Source of the DNA: Massalongia carnosa
Taxonomy: Eukaryota
Assembly (NCBI GenBank): GCA_965645245.1
Contig: OZ287082.1
Span: 1,426,001 to 1,490,000, forward strand
Direction: 5' to 3'
Length of the DNA: 64,000 nucleotides
The notes under the pieces were generated by a model. It was not told the DNA's origin, made no database searches, and saw only the letters and a program-made list of their open reading frames with translations. Shown piece by piece: positions 47,969 through 59,640 of the stretch (position 1 is the stretch's first letter; each line of letters opens with the position of its first letter). The translations under genes were made by a program, and so were the position numbers.

Positions 47969-50900
47969 ATGAACAATATGACTGCTCACGTCTCTTGGGT
48001 CAAGAGCTATATAGCGCTAACGCTGTTGTTGTTGAAGGTGTTTCCTTTGCACTGCACCAACCTGCCATACTGCTGGTCTTCATATTCATATCAGCTTTGC
48101 TGAGCTGGCGGTTATGGAGATTCACGCTTTCACCTCTAATTCACCCGAACGATGTCCGAGAGTTACCTTACTGGATCCCCTGTGAGTAGTTCAACCCCTA
48201 TCGTCATCTTTATCCAATGATCGTTCAATACTTCTTTTCTCCAAATCAGTAGCTGCAAAGCTGATAGAAACAATTCAGACTTAGGTGAGCTCGATAAACC
48301 GTTCAAAAATACAATACAGTCGTTGTGCAATGTATTATAGACTCATGTCCAATATAGGTCATGCCGTTGCTTTCCTAAGGGACTCACATGGCATACTTAC
48401 CTATGGCCGGTAGGCGTAGTTATTCAATCCTTTTGAGTGATAGAGGCTGAATAGCGGAACCCAGACAATACTTCCGCAACACTCGCCAACCGTATACATT
48501 GACTCTTGCTGGGGGGTGTTTCTACATTCTTACATCGCCTGATGATATAACAGCTGCTTGTAACGACACTCAGAATTTGTCCTTCGACCCATTCGTCCGG
48601 GACATGATGATTTCTTTTGGTGTCACTTCGGAGGCCGTTCAAAAAATGTGGCTCAAGCCTGATAGAGGCACCGTTAAAAAGCTAGGGAAAAAATCACTTG
48701 CTCAACTCACTCGGGATTTTTACAAGCAACAGTTACACCCTGGAGAGAACCAGAAGATTCTTGTTGATAAGCTCCAGACCTACATCGATGAGCTGTTGCG
48801 TTGGGAACACATTGTAAACAGACCGACACGCAAGTATATCACTGATTCCAGTGGCATTTCCATTGACATACCGCTCAAAAGTTGGTGCGGAGATGTTTTG
48901 CTAAACGCTACAACAAGATCATTCTTCGGTGAATCTCTCCTTCAGATCAAACCAGATCTTTTCGAGGGATTTTTTGATTTTGATGACGATGGCTGGATGC
49001 TAATGCAACACTATCCAAGCTTCATGGCTAAACGGATGTATCGAGTGAGGAATGCAGCTATCGACGCTTTGACTAAGTATTTCTCCCTACCCAAAGAAAG
49101 TAGACAGGGAGAGGCTTGGTTCGTAAAGACCCTGGAGGCGGAGCAAAGAAAGTTAGCGATTGGTGATAAAGACATCGCTACTTTAATGCTCATGGTTTAC
49201 TGGGCGTGCGTATGACTGTACCCAATTAGCGGGTGGTACAGTCGGGTCTAGGAAGTGACCGAACAGCGCACGTTCCACCCCCATTTTACCCCTCACCCCT
49301 AATGATGAAAATCACCCCAATCAATCAATTTCCAACTTGATGCTTTGAAACCTTCATATTTCGTCAAATACTGTATGCTGAAGAAGATTAAATCATCAGT
49401 ATTTAATAGAACCCCCTTTAGCCTTAATAAGAAAGCGAATACGCTCAGGCATGCTCTCAATGCACCGTCTGAAGTCCTCCTCAGTCAACAGCTCCCATTC
49501 CTCCCGAATAGCCTGCTCCATGGCCTCAATTGTATGGATTTGGTGACGACGGGCACTGACCCGTATTTTGATAATACGCCAGAGATTCTCAATGGGATTC
49601 AAATCGGGTGACTGAGGTGGCCAATCCATGCGTAAAAGCCCGTTTCGTCTCCCCCAATCAATCACCTTTTTCGAAGTATGATAGCTGGCTCCGTCATCCA
49701 TCCAGATCGTCAAACCTCGCCTAGTCAAGCATGCTTCATAAAACGAGAGCCCTAAAGGCCTTAGCACCTCGTCAATGTAGATATCTGAATTCATTCGTCT
49801 CCCCTTATTCAAAACGAGCATAGGGCCTTTTTCACCCAATCGTATGCTAGCCCAGATGCTCACAGTGCTTCGTCCGCTTTTGAATGTAGGCTTCAGATAT
49901 CTAGACTCCATGGCCGTGCCTTTTCGTCTCGTGACGTAGCACGAGCGAGTGTCTAAACCAGTTTCAAACGTAGCTTCATCTGTCCATATAACTCGGCCCC
50001 AATCTCCTACCGTCCAATGCTTATGCTCCTTGCCCCATTTTAGCCTGATTGCTTTGTGACGTGCTGATAGAAACGGCTTTTTTCTAGCCCTGAAACGGAA
50101 ATAGCCACCGAGCTTCAGATATTTTCGTACGGTGACGCGAGAGAGCTTTTGACCCGATTTGGAAGGGGTAGTCATGGCCAGAAAATTATCGTGTGGATTT
50201 TTCTCAACATGGCGAATCAATGCCCGTCTGGCACGGACATTTAGCTTGGTTGGCCGACCAGTACGTTTTTTGGGAACGGAAGAGGCGTCGGCTTGTCTCT
50301 TAGCTCTATGAACTATGGTGACCACGGTGGAACGGGCCAGCCGAACTTGACGGGCTATTTCAGCATAGGAATAGTGGACTTCATGAAGAGCTACAACGAT
50401 AGCAATGGTTTCAGACGAATGTTCACGTCTGGCCGTCTTGGGTTTGGAAGGCATTTCGTTGATCAGATGAAAATTGATGGAGAAAGGGGAGGGTGAAGTA
50501 AGAGGGGAATTTAGATGAGGGGAAATTAAGCGAAGTGTTTGCTGACTTCCTAGACCCGATTTGTACATCTCTTTTCGTGATTTAAGCTGACTTTCACAGT
50601 ATCAACTTAAATACATACAAGCTATGTTTCTGGATGCTTTCCTATCTCCTTTTCAACCCTACACTGATAGCCTCGATCCAGGAAGAAACAAGCCACGCAT
50701 TTAACGCCGCTGGAGAGCTTTCCATGCCCTATCTGACCCACTCAAGTGATCGGCTAAATGCTCTTTTTGAAGAAGTCCACCGCATGACGAATTCTGCTTC
50801 CACCGTTCGAAGCGTAGAATCTAACACCGTCATTGGCGGCTTTGTTCTCCGCCAGGGTAGTAAAGTGCTCATGCCATACCGCCAACTACACTTTGACGAG

Positions 50901-51218
50901 CTTGTTTATGGAGTCGACGCAAACGAATTTGATCCCGAGAGATTTCTCAAACGAAAGAACCTTAGAAATAGTCCCAGTTACAGACCGTTTGGGGGAGGAT
51001 CGACTTACTGCCCTGGACGATTCATCGCAAGGCAAGAAGTGCTTGCATTCATAGCTTACGTATTAAGACGGTTTGAATTGAAACTTGCGAATGCGAAGCC
51101 GGGGGCCTCAGAGCAGAAGTTCCCACGTTTAGAGGCGAAGAAACCTTCCCTTGGGGTCATGGGACCTATACTAGGGGATGATTTAAAGGTTAGAATCAAA
51201 AAGAGGACAAGTACATAG
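47969..51218 (+). pseudogene. Cytochrome P450 (CYP7/8-like), probable N-terminal frameshift, Tc1 element in last intron
   Basis: ELPYWIPYLGHA; WAINLNT; EEVHR; FDPERF; PFGGGSTYCPG. Introns 48182-48278, 48285-48357, 48410-48464 and 49206-50599. ATGs at 47969/47978 are one base out of frame with the TM/PYWIP frame. Confidence 0.8.
49239..50563 (-). mobile_element. Tc1-type (DD34E) transposon with intact transposase ORF (49396 to ~50454)
   Basis: TIR core TCGGGTCTAGGAAGT on both ends; TA on both flanks (49237-38, 50564-65). HTH region, WTDE, MDDGASYH, SPDLNPIENLW. Confidence 0.92.
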
Positions 51219-52096
51219 GACTCAGTTTACTTTCGACAGCGAGAATAAGTGTTATTTGATTATGTGTTTGACGAATTACTTCAAGAATCAGAGTATTTTC
51301 GTAGAAATCCACAATCGATTCGTCGTATACAGATGATCATTTTTAACAACACAATCCGTAAGACTGAATAAAGAATCTAATTTGAAGAACTCGACATAAT
51401 CATCTTCGAGTAATTTTTTTCTCATTCTTCTGCATACTTTAAGGATAAGTGAAACGGGGAGACCTTTTCCCAGCAGGCATTCACTACTGGAAGATGGGAT
51501 CCACAGGGGCTACACAACGTGATAGTCACAATAGAGGTACAAAATAGGTTGGGTCGGGTCAAAGGGTCGACTAAATGCTACCCTTTTGAAGTGCTTGATC
51601 ATTGATCTATATAGAATAGGACAATCCATAACCTAAGCTCTTCTTCCGTACCTTGCCCATACTACCTGGTATTTTCGGTTACCGAAACACTTCGGTCACC
51701 GAATCACTTGGGTAGATGAGACTAGGTAGGCGAGCTAGGGGAGGTAAGGCGAGGCGAGGGAATACTTCGTGTACTACGAAAACACCTCCATAATAAGTTA
51801 AGTCCCCACACAATGCCTAACTGGGTTAGGCGGGAGATTATTGTCTTGGTGGCTGTTTTGGCTGTACGTATCCCACATAGCCACAGAGGCCAGTCTTACG
51901 TTCAACGAACGCATACTAGGCCTACCCTATTACTATAAGATTGCTTAACTTTATTCGTTCTTTTAATGTAAGTTTTTATCCATAATTTCTATTAGTTATA
52001 ATATCGACCTGTACGAAGTCAACCTTGTTTGCATTCGATGTTTTTTTTCTTCATTTTCGTCATTCCTTGATTTGTTATTTGAACCACGAATTAAGA

Positions 52097-52370
52097 TTTT
52101 GAATATCCAATTCCTACAAGCACAATAATTACCTATCAGTAAAATAAATATAGCACCTACGGCTGCCCTAGATAGACAGATCATCTACTGAAACCGTAGA
52201 TGCCGCATTAGGCTTAGTCTTAAGATAAGATAAGATCACCTCGCTCAGAAGGGGGTGACCAGTAATAGGAAAAGATTGCTGCCTAGCAACTCTTTATCCT
52301 TAACATTACGCTCATACATACCTTTATTATTATAAAGGCATATAACTATAGTCATATACCTATTTCAACT
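52097..52370 (+). mobile_element. Copia solo LTR (RIP-mutated), same family as 61277-61550
   Basis: 274-bp reverse-complement match to 61277-61550, with many CpA>TpA / TpG>TpA changes. Confidence 0.88.
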
Positions 52371-52604
52371 CATCAACTTTTCGAATTAGCTTATCTGTAT
52401 GATTAGTGATAACTAAATTAAATTCGACAAGAAACTCGATGCATTGAACTTGACGTATTGCAGGCCTCGTGGAGATCATATCAGGAACGCACACCAGTTC
52501 CCACCCCGGCACAATCAGGTTCACTCTCCAAAAAACATATCAAATTGCACGAAACTATAGCTAAAGCGGAGAGCGCGCTAGCCATTCAGATACGCCTCAG
52601 ATAA

Positions 52605-53041
52605 TGTCATGAAATAAAGTTTGAGTTAAAACCTAATGATACCCAACCGTCAAGCGGCAATCGAGGTAAAAGCCACCTGAAAGCCTATTCAGATTCATCC
52701 TCGGTATAAGTCTGAATAAACCCCTTACTCCACTCCACCAATCTCCTCACTCCACTATACCCTCTTATCGCTAGAACGATCACATCCACGGGCCCACTTA
52801 TCGCTCTACCTTATCGCCGCCACCATCACCAAAATCTCTCATCTAGGATGAAGGTAAAACATGAGAAAGAAGGGGCTGGCTCAGGTATAAAAAGAGGACA
52901 TATCCTGTAGATAGTTGACTCCTCGTCCGACGTCTTGTATAGCAAACTACCTCCTAGCTATAGCCTCATTAATAAAGATATCTTGATCATCCAATCCAAT
53001 TCCTAGGAATTTTAGTTCAATTCCCAACACAGTCCTTGACA
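52605..53041 (+). mobile_element. Gypsy-type solo LTR (437 bp)
   Basis: TGTCA...TGACA ends; TSD GATAA (52600-04, 53042-46); TATAAAA ~52886; AATAAA 52971. Removing it rejoins the LINE coding sequence. Confidence 0.85.
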
Positions 53042-54040
53042 GATAAGATAGGCCTAGCCGCCTTCCTATATAGACACCGAGTTCCAGACGACTCGTCCCC
53101 GAACTGCTCGTGTGGCTGGCTCAAACAGACTGCATAACATGTGATCATGTTTTGCAAACTCAACGACAACAGGAAAACCCTGCTTAATACGATAGGCATA
53201 AACAACTATCGATTAATCACTGAGTCATCTAAAGTAATGAAATTAGTCCCAGAATGGCTAATAGAGACAGGTTTGTTGTCACAATTTTCGCTGACTGCTC
53301 AGCATCTATACTGATAACAGTAGACATGCTTTGTTTTCATTTTTATACTTGTCTTGGGTTAAAAGTTCTTTCATAGAGCACACGGCTGGGACCCGGAGGG
53401 TCCTCGGCCGGATACAGGATTGCATAGTTTTTCTTCTTCAAAAGGTTTTCTATGTACTATATAACTAGATAGACTCGCCTGCATGGGTTGGCCTTCGGTC
53501 GGTACCACATCGGTGTCACGGACAAGGTCCAGATAGGGAGATATACAAGAGTTACTATTTAGAAAGCTAGGTCTAGGGATAGTATACAAGACGTCCGACG
53601 AAGAGCTCCAAACACCTGAGAAACCACATAGGTTTTATAACCATGGCTTCCAACTCCCCTATTCTTGACTTGCCCTCATCTCTGTTCCTGTTCTAATTTC
53701 CTAACCATGATCGCTTTGACCTGTTCCGCCTTTCTCCATGCCGAAGCAATCTCTCTCTGCTGGGCAATCCCAGTCGTAGGCTTGGATAGTGGAGACGTTG
53801 AGATTGGATTCGGGATATAGGAGTTTGGGAGTGCACTGAAGGCAGCGGAAGAACGTCTGAACACATGGGGCGAGGTTTCAGGATAGTTCGGAATAACGGG
53901 CCACGGTTCTATTCAACATGCAGGGCAGGTTTCACGGCAAGAGAGCCTGTTAAATACTAACCCGATCAGGAAACGTGGGAGGGTGCGAGGTAATTCCATG
54001 ACAGTAGGTCCCTCTTCAAGGCGGAGCTCCTGCGATGCTA

Positions 54041-57000
54041 CTATTCCTGGCAGCGGCAACGGGGTAGATTGCAAGGGGTGTGATGTGGTCCGGCAGCTGT
54101 GGGGTAAGCCTGATGATATTCGTTTAGAGCTTGCTGACAGTTGGTTAGGAAATTGAAAGGTTCCCATGTGGGATTATGACCTTCCCAATTAACGAAATAT
54201 TGAAGGAGTGGAGGTTGAAATCGTCGGTCGTATTTGGAGTTCAATATGCTGTTCACATACCATTCTCGCTGTCCGTCTTCTGCTTCGACAGGTTCACGAG
54301 GGGCGGGATGCTGGCCAGGAAGGGGGTCATCTGCTTCATGCTGCAGAAGGTTTGCATGGAAAACTGGGTGGATCTTGACACCAGGAGGAAGCTCCAATTG
54401 TATCACTAGAGGGTTTGAGAAAACTCGACTGACCGCATAGGGTCCGATGTTTCGATCGTCTAACTTGACGGTGGGTCTCGCTGTTTGAAGATTCCTTGTG
54501 TTTAACCATACCATATCACCCACTTTATAGCGGGGGCATGGTCGGCGGTTTGCATTGGCAGTGGATTCATAGATGGCTTGAGCGATTAACATTTCATCAT
54601 GAAGATGAGTTTCTAAGTTTCTCATCCTGTCCGCGAACTTATTAGCTGCGATCAGATTATTTCGACTTTGAGCGGTAATGTCCGTCGGGAGAGGCTCGGA
54701 GGGTTCGAATCCTATACGGGGGTGTTGACCAGAATTTGCTAGAAATGGCGAAGCAAGAGTTGTGGAAGAGTCCGTATTATTAGCCGCGAATTCAGCGCCT
54801 GGTAGCCACTTGGCCCAATCATCCTGCATATGGTTGACATAGGCTCTAAGGTAATGCTCCATGGAGGCGTTGGCTCGTTCTGTCTGGCCATCGGTTTCCG
54901 GGTGGTATCCGGTGGACAACCGTGCGTCGATTTTTAGCCGCTTACACAGCAATTCCCATAGTTCCGATACGAACTGCGAACCTCGATCTGATAATACGAG
55001 AACATCAGGTAGGCCATGATGCTTCCATACATTCTGATAGAAGGCATCTACGGCTTCTTCGACTTCCATGGATGTGACTGGAGCCAGATGGCGCATCTTG
55101 GTTAGGCGATCTATAAAAACTAGAATGTACCGATAGGTGATTCCCATGAAGGTGCTGGCCGAGAGGGGTCCGACATAATCCATAGCAACATCGCGCCAGC
55201 GACGCTCAGGTGGAGGTAAGGGCCTAAGCCACCCCTGATAACGTTCACGGGAGGGTTTGGCTCTTTTGCAAACATGGCAGTTTCTGACGAATCGTTGCAC
55301 CGTTTTGTGCATGCTAGGCCACCAATAAGAGCGACTGATGAGTTCATAACATTTGGCACGGCCTGGGTGTCCACCTGCGACACTATTGTGAGCGAGTTGT
55401 AGGATTCTTAGGCGAAGGCTATCTGATTTGGGTACATATTGTCGATTTCTGAAGTACAAAATCCCATTTCTGTCTTCGCACTCTGCTAGTTGTATGCCGC
55501 TATGATATCTCGATCCGTTTCGAAGCATTTCTAGAACACGGGGTGAAAACTTATCCCTATCCAGGGCTCGGTTCCAAAGGTCCTGAGTGGCCACGTCCAT
55601 TGGGTCATCGTCGGGGTTTAGCTGATCAGTAACTAAATCTAGTTGGGGTTCTTCATGATCCGTCTCTGTGTCATCATCCTCGTCAAGATCTTGTTCTTGA
55701 TCAAGAATAGCAGGAGCGAGCACTATGGGGTCTGGGGAGGTTCCAACCACTGTTGAATTGAAGCTCTCGGCTACTCCGTCGTCTAGGTTATGCGTTTTCA
55801 GTATCGTCTGATGCTGAAATGAGTTCCGCTCATCGGTTTCATCCCCTTCTTCAGGGAGGTCTCCTGACCGTCGAGTTAGGGCATCCGGTTTACCGCCGGC
55901 TTTCCCAGGTCGGTAGACTATCTTATAGTCGAATCGAGATAGAAACTCACTCCATCGGGCCTGGCGCCGACTCAAAAGCTTGGTAGAGGTGAAATATTCC
56001 AGGTTCTTATGGTCTGAAATAACATCGATGGGTTGGGCGGAGCCTTCTAGTTCAGGTCTCCATTCCTCGAAAGCTCGAACTATGGCCATGAGTTCTTTGT
56101 CATAGATCTCATAGTTACACTCGGCAGGGTTATGCTTTTTCGAGAAGTATGCGACGGGACGCAAGATATCTTTTTCATCATATTGCGATAGGATACCCGC
56201 CGATACAAAGTCGGAGGCGTCCGTTTCGACCACGATTTTCTTGTCTGGATCAAAGTGCATAAGAATAAGATCGGAGGTAAATGCTTTTTTCATCGTATTG
56301 AAGGCTTGCTGACAATCGCTAGTCCAGGAGAATTTCGTTCCCTTCTTGGTTAGGTTCGTCAAGGGCGAGGCTATTTTACTGAACCCAAATACGAAACGCC
56401 TGTAGAAATTGGCGAATCCTAGAAAGCTTTGAACATCCCTAACGTTAACGGGCGCAGGCCAATTGATGACGGTATCGATCTTGGCAGGATCCATCTTGAC
56501 TCCCTTAGTAGTGACGATGAGACCCAAATAGGGGACCTCGGTGACTCCGAAGGCGCACTTGGTGATGTCCGCTTGGAGTCCGGCCTCTCTGAGTTTGACA
56601 AGGACTTGTTTTACATGTAGGTCATGTTCGATTTCGTCATCACTATAGATGAGGATGTCATCTAGATACGCGGTGCAGAATCTATCTAGGTATTCCCTCA
56701 GGGTGTCATTGATAAAATGTTGAAACGAGGCAGGTCCGTTGCACAGACCGAAAGGCATGACAAGATATTCGTAGAGACCGAAACGAGTCCGGAAAGCAGT
56801 AAGTTCTTCGTCTCCCTCTTTGATTCTCAGGCGATTGAATGCTGATATAATATCCAACTTGGTAAATATCTTGGCTTTGCACAAACGGTTGAGGGTCTCG
56901 GTGATTAGAGGTATTGGATAACGATTTTTTATGGTGACAGCGTTTAGTCCTCGGTAGTCGACGCAGAATCGAAGTCCTCCGCCGGGCTTCTTAACAAACA

Positions 57001-58372
57001 TAACCGGGGAGGCTGCATGTGAGCGGCTAGATCGAATGAATCCTTTGGTGAGATTCTCATCTAGATAACGACGAAGTTCCTGGATCTCATCACGACTCAT
57101 TCCGTAAAGAGCTTGATTAGGTGGTTGAAAACCTTCTTTTAAGACGATGGCGTGATCATGGGAGCGGTGTTCCGGTAGTTTATCGGACTCCTTTCTGGAA
57201 AAGACATCTAGGTAGTCGTGGTATTGCTTTGGAAGCAGAGGTGCCGGGTCAACGTTCTTTTGCTGCCGAACGTGCTCAAGTTCTTCTTGAGTGACGGAGG
57301 TTTCTAGGGTGAGTTCATTGTGCATTCTGCAAATGGCTAGGTGCATGTCCTTATCACTTAGACAGGCCTTAGTGTTAAAAGGGGGGAAAACTTGGGTTGC
57401 TATTAACTTAATAGATGACCTGGAGCTAGGGCTAGGGGGTTTTAAAGGCGATTCTATACTTAAGAACCGGTCTATTTCTTGGAGGGAGATACTGTATATC
57501 TCGTGGTCCTTCTGTCTTGCGAGGCGGTCGAATGTGCCGGCGCTCACCTCACTGACTCGAAGCTGGGCTGGGTTGGTTGGTGCGGATTCAACCGCGGTTA
57601 GTTTACTGGGCAGGGGGTTTAAGGTATGTAGGCGAGGTGCTAAACGAACGTAGCTCCCGGACCGGTATCGGATCCTAGGGGAGACGCCTTTTTGCATGGC
57701 GGTTAGGATTCGACTGGGACCGTCTTCAGCCTGAAAGTCAAATTTCGATGGTTCTGTTTGACTAGATTGCAGAATGGTTTCTTGATCTTTAGTCTCCCAT
57801 ACCTTCTGACTTTCGGCAGGCATAAGGAACTGTTCTTCCTCGGCGGTGGTTGAATGAACCATTACGGGGCCGGAACAGCAATGTGCTAGGCAAAACGGGG
57901 AGGATAATGACAGGGTATTATTGGCGAAGTTAGTGATAGCGCCATGTCGACGCAGCCATGGGTGTCCTAGGACGATGGGGTAATGTCTTAATCCGGTCAC
58001 ATATAGGAACAGTTTCTCTATGTGTCCATTGAGATCCATGGTTACTTCTGCCACATGGGTGATGTTTCCGGTCAGAGCAGGCTGACCATCGAAACCTAGG
58101 AGTCGGCGAGGGTATTTAAGGGGGTGAAGGGGGAATTGATGAAGGTGCGCGAATTCTTTATCGATGAATGAGTAACCTGATGCACCACAGTCCACGAGAA
58201 TTAAAGCTCTTATCCTTGCTTGCAGACGACGTAATATACATGAGACAACCATATGGCTATCTTTGAAAGTTTCATCGTTTTCAAACAAAGTCAAAGCGGA
58301 CGCTGCAGAAAAACGAGCGTTGGACATTAGGGGGGGTGAAAATGATGCAGAAAGGAGACATGCAGAAATCAA
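54041..58372 (-). CDS. Gypsy Pol (protease, RT, RNase H, integrase, chromodomain)
   Basis: LVDCGAS; YLDDILI; ETDASD; HPG..CHVC, MDY, SDRG, GQTER; WYVNSIL..YFVNWEG chromodomain. Confidence 0.96.
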   Translation of the reverse strand: MISACLLSASFSPPLMSNARFSAASALTLFENDETFKDSHMVVSCILRRLQARIRALILVDCGASGYSFIDKEFAHLHQFPLHPLKYPRRLLGFDGQPALTGNITHVAEVTMDLNGHIEKLFLYVTGLRHYPIVLGHPWLRRHGAITNFANNTLSLSSPFCLAHCCSGPVMVHSTTAEEEQFLMPAESQKVWETKDQETILQSSQTEPSKFDFQAEDGPSRILTAMQKGVSPRIRYRSGSYVRLAPRLHTLNPLPSKLTAVESAPTNPAQLRVSEVSAGTFDRLARQKDHEIYSISLQEIDRFLSIESPLKPPSPSSRSSIKLIATQVFPPFNTKACLSDKDMHLAICRMHNELTLETSVTQEELEHVRQQKNVDPAPLLPKQYHDYLDVFSRKESDKLPEHRSHDHAIVLKEGFQPPNQALYGMSRDEIQELRRYLDENLTKGFIRSSRSHAASPVMFVKKPGGGLRFCVDYRGLNAVTIKNRYPIPLITETLNRLCKAKIFTKLDIISAFNRLRIKEGDEELTAFRTRFGLYEYLVMPFGLCNGPASFQHFINDTLREYLDRFCTAYLDDILIYSDDEIEHDLHVKQVLVKLREAGLQADITKCAFGVTEVPYLGLIVTTKGVKMDPAKIDTVINWPAPVNVRDVQSFLGFANFYRRFVFGFSKIASPLTNLTKKGTKFSWTSDCQQAFNTMKKAFTSDLILMHFDPDKKIVVETDASDFVSAGILSQYDEKDILRPVAYFSKKHNPAECNYEIYDKELMAIVRAFEEWRPELEGSAQPIDVISDHKNLEYFTSTKLLSRRQARWSEFLSRFDYKIVYRPGKAGGKPDALTRRSGDLPEEGDETDERNSFQHQTILKTHNLDDGVAESFNSTVVGTSPDPIVLAPAILDQEQDLDEDDDTETDHEEPQLDLVTDQLNPDDDPMDVATQDLWNRALDRDKFSPRVLEMLRNGSRYHSGIQLAECEDRNGILYFRNRQYVPKSDSLRLRILQLAHNSVAGGHPGRAKCYELISRSYWWPSMHKTVQRFVRNCHVCKRAKPSRERYQGWLRPLPPPERRWRDVAMDYVGPLSASTFMGITYRYILVFIDRLTKMRHLAPVTSMEVEEAVDAFYQNVWKHHGLPDVLVLSDRGSQFVSELWELLCKRLKIDARLSTGYHPETDGQTERANASMEHYLRAYVNHMQDDWAKWLPGAEFAANNTDSSTTLASPFLANSGQHPRIGFEPSEPLPTDITAQSRNNLIAANKFADRMRNLETHLHDEMLIAQAIYESTANANRRPCPRYKVGDMVWLNTRNLQTARPTVKLDDRNIGPYAVSRVFSNPLVIQLELPPGVKIHPVFHANLLQHEADDPLPGQHPAPREPVEAEDGQREWYVNSILNSKYDRRFQPPLLQYFVNWEGHNPTWEPFNFLTNCQQALNEYHQAYPTAAGPHHTPCNLPRCRCQE

Positions 58373-58416
58373 TAAATCAGACTTTTGAAGCCCTCGTATG
58401 CGACTGAATACGGGGC

Positions 58417-59640
58417 TCAGGCTTTTCCCGCTGCATCCTCAGAGGCGTCGGAGTCGTTGTAAAGGACAAGAGACCGAATAGTAGACGGGGCCTTCTTGTT
58501 GGGACAGTCGATTGCGGTCTTCCCAGGGTGCGATTGCTTACAGTAGAAGCATAGTCTCCATTGCTCGCAGATTTCCTTGACTCCGGGGACTTTCAGGCTT
58601 TGGCCTTTCACAGCGGCCATGGCGGAGCTGAGGTCCATCGGATCCCCTGCGGGAAGAGAAGGAACCGCAGCAGGGGTGACGGCTGGAGCGACGACGATCG
58701 TGGAGGAGCGGGGGGCAGGACTCCTGACAACGGCAGTGGTGGTGGCGACGGATGCCCCCTTTTTAGTTGAGGAGTTGCTAATTGAGGCTCCAGAGGCTTG
58801 GCGTGGCGAGATATGCCTGATTTGACGAATTTTTCGATCCGTTTGGGCCCACATTGCAACATGTTCGTCGAAGGTGACGGGCTCCTGATTGGTTCCGGGG
58901 ACTCGATAATGGATGGCCGCTGTTTGGGTGGAATAGTTGATGTTGGCCTTCATCGCATCGATGAGGGAGGCGTCTTCCATTTTAGATCGTTCCTTCTTCT
59001 GAGAGAAAAGGTTGTAATATTCCTCAAAGGTTAGGTTACCCTGTTTCAGGGTGTCTCGCAAATATTTACGGGCATCCTCTTGCTCGAAGGGGTTACCACA
59101 GGCCAGACGAAGTTTCGCTCTCCAGTCCGAAAAAGAGGTTAGGCGGCATAAGCCATCTATCCGGTAGGGAGTCATGAGCAGATGGGCTCGCTTGCTGATG
59201 GTGAGTCTGCTCTCCGCATAAGCTATCTTGGCCTCATCGGAAAAGTATCGGTCATGGTTAATGTGCATTTTTTGAATTAGATTCTGTTCCCAAGCATCGA
59301 GTTTGTCCTCGTCACCGTCATACTCCGGTATGTCAGGAAGTTTCTCGGACCTGGGCGGAAACGCTGGTCGTTTCATTAGCTGTTCTATAATGGCGGCCAG
59401 CTGGGAGCTCGGAACGGAAGGAGAAGGAGTTGATGACGGGGTTGCCAATAATGGGTTGGAAGACGTTTGATTAATGGCTGGAGGAACCGCGTTTCGAATC
59501 TCAGCTAATTGTCGTTCCAGGTCTCGATAGGCGGCGATGAACTCGTCCGGGTTATTGCTGACATGTTCTCGCTCCTTTTGGGCTACCTCAGGTTCCTGAG
59601 GCAGATTTGCGCTTTCTTCTTGAAAAGACATGATTAACAA
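58417..59640 (-). CDS. Gypsy Gag with C-terminal zinc knuckle
   Basis: LKQG, DPMDL and CFYCKQSHPGKTAIDC. Ends at slippery G GGA AAA just before the stop. Confidence 0.9.
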   Translation of the reverse strand: MLIMSFQEESANLPQEPEVAQKEREHVSNNPDEFIAAYRDLERQLAEIRNAVPPAINQTSSNPLLATPSSTPSPSVPSSQLAAIIEQLMKRPAFPPRSEKLPDIPEYDGDEDKLDAWEQNLIQKMHINHDRYFSDEAKIAYAESRLTISKRAHLLMTPYRIDGLCRLTSFSDWRAKLRLACGNPFEQEDARKYLRDTLKQGNLTFEEYYNLFSQKKERSKMEDASLIDAMKANINYSTQTAAIHYRVPGTNQEPVTFDEHVAMWAQTDRKIRQIRHISPRQASGASISNSSTKKGASVATTTAVVRSPAPRSSTIVVAPAVTPAAVPSLPAGDPMDLSSAMAAVKGQSLKVPGVKEICEQWRLCFYCKQSHPGKTAIDCPNKKAPSTIRSLVLYNDSDASEDAAGKA

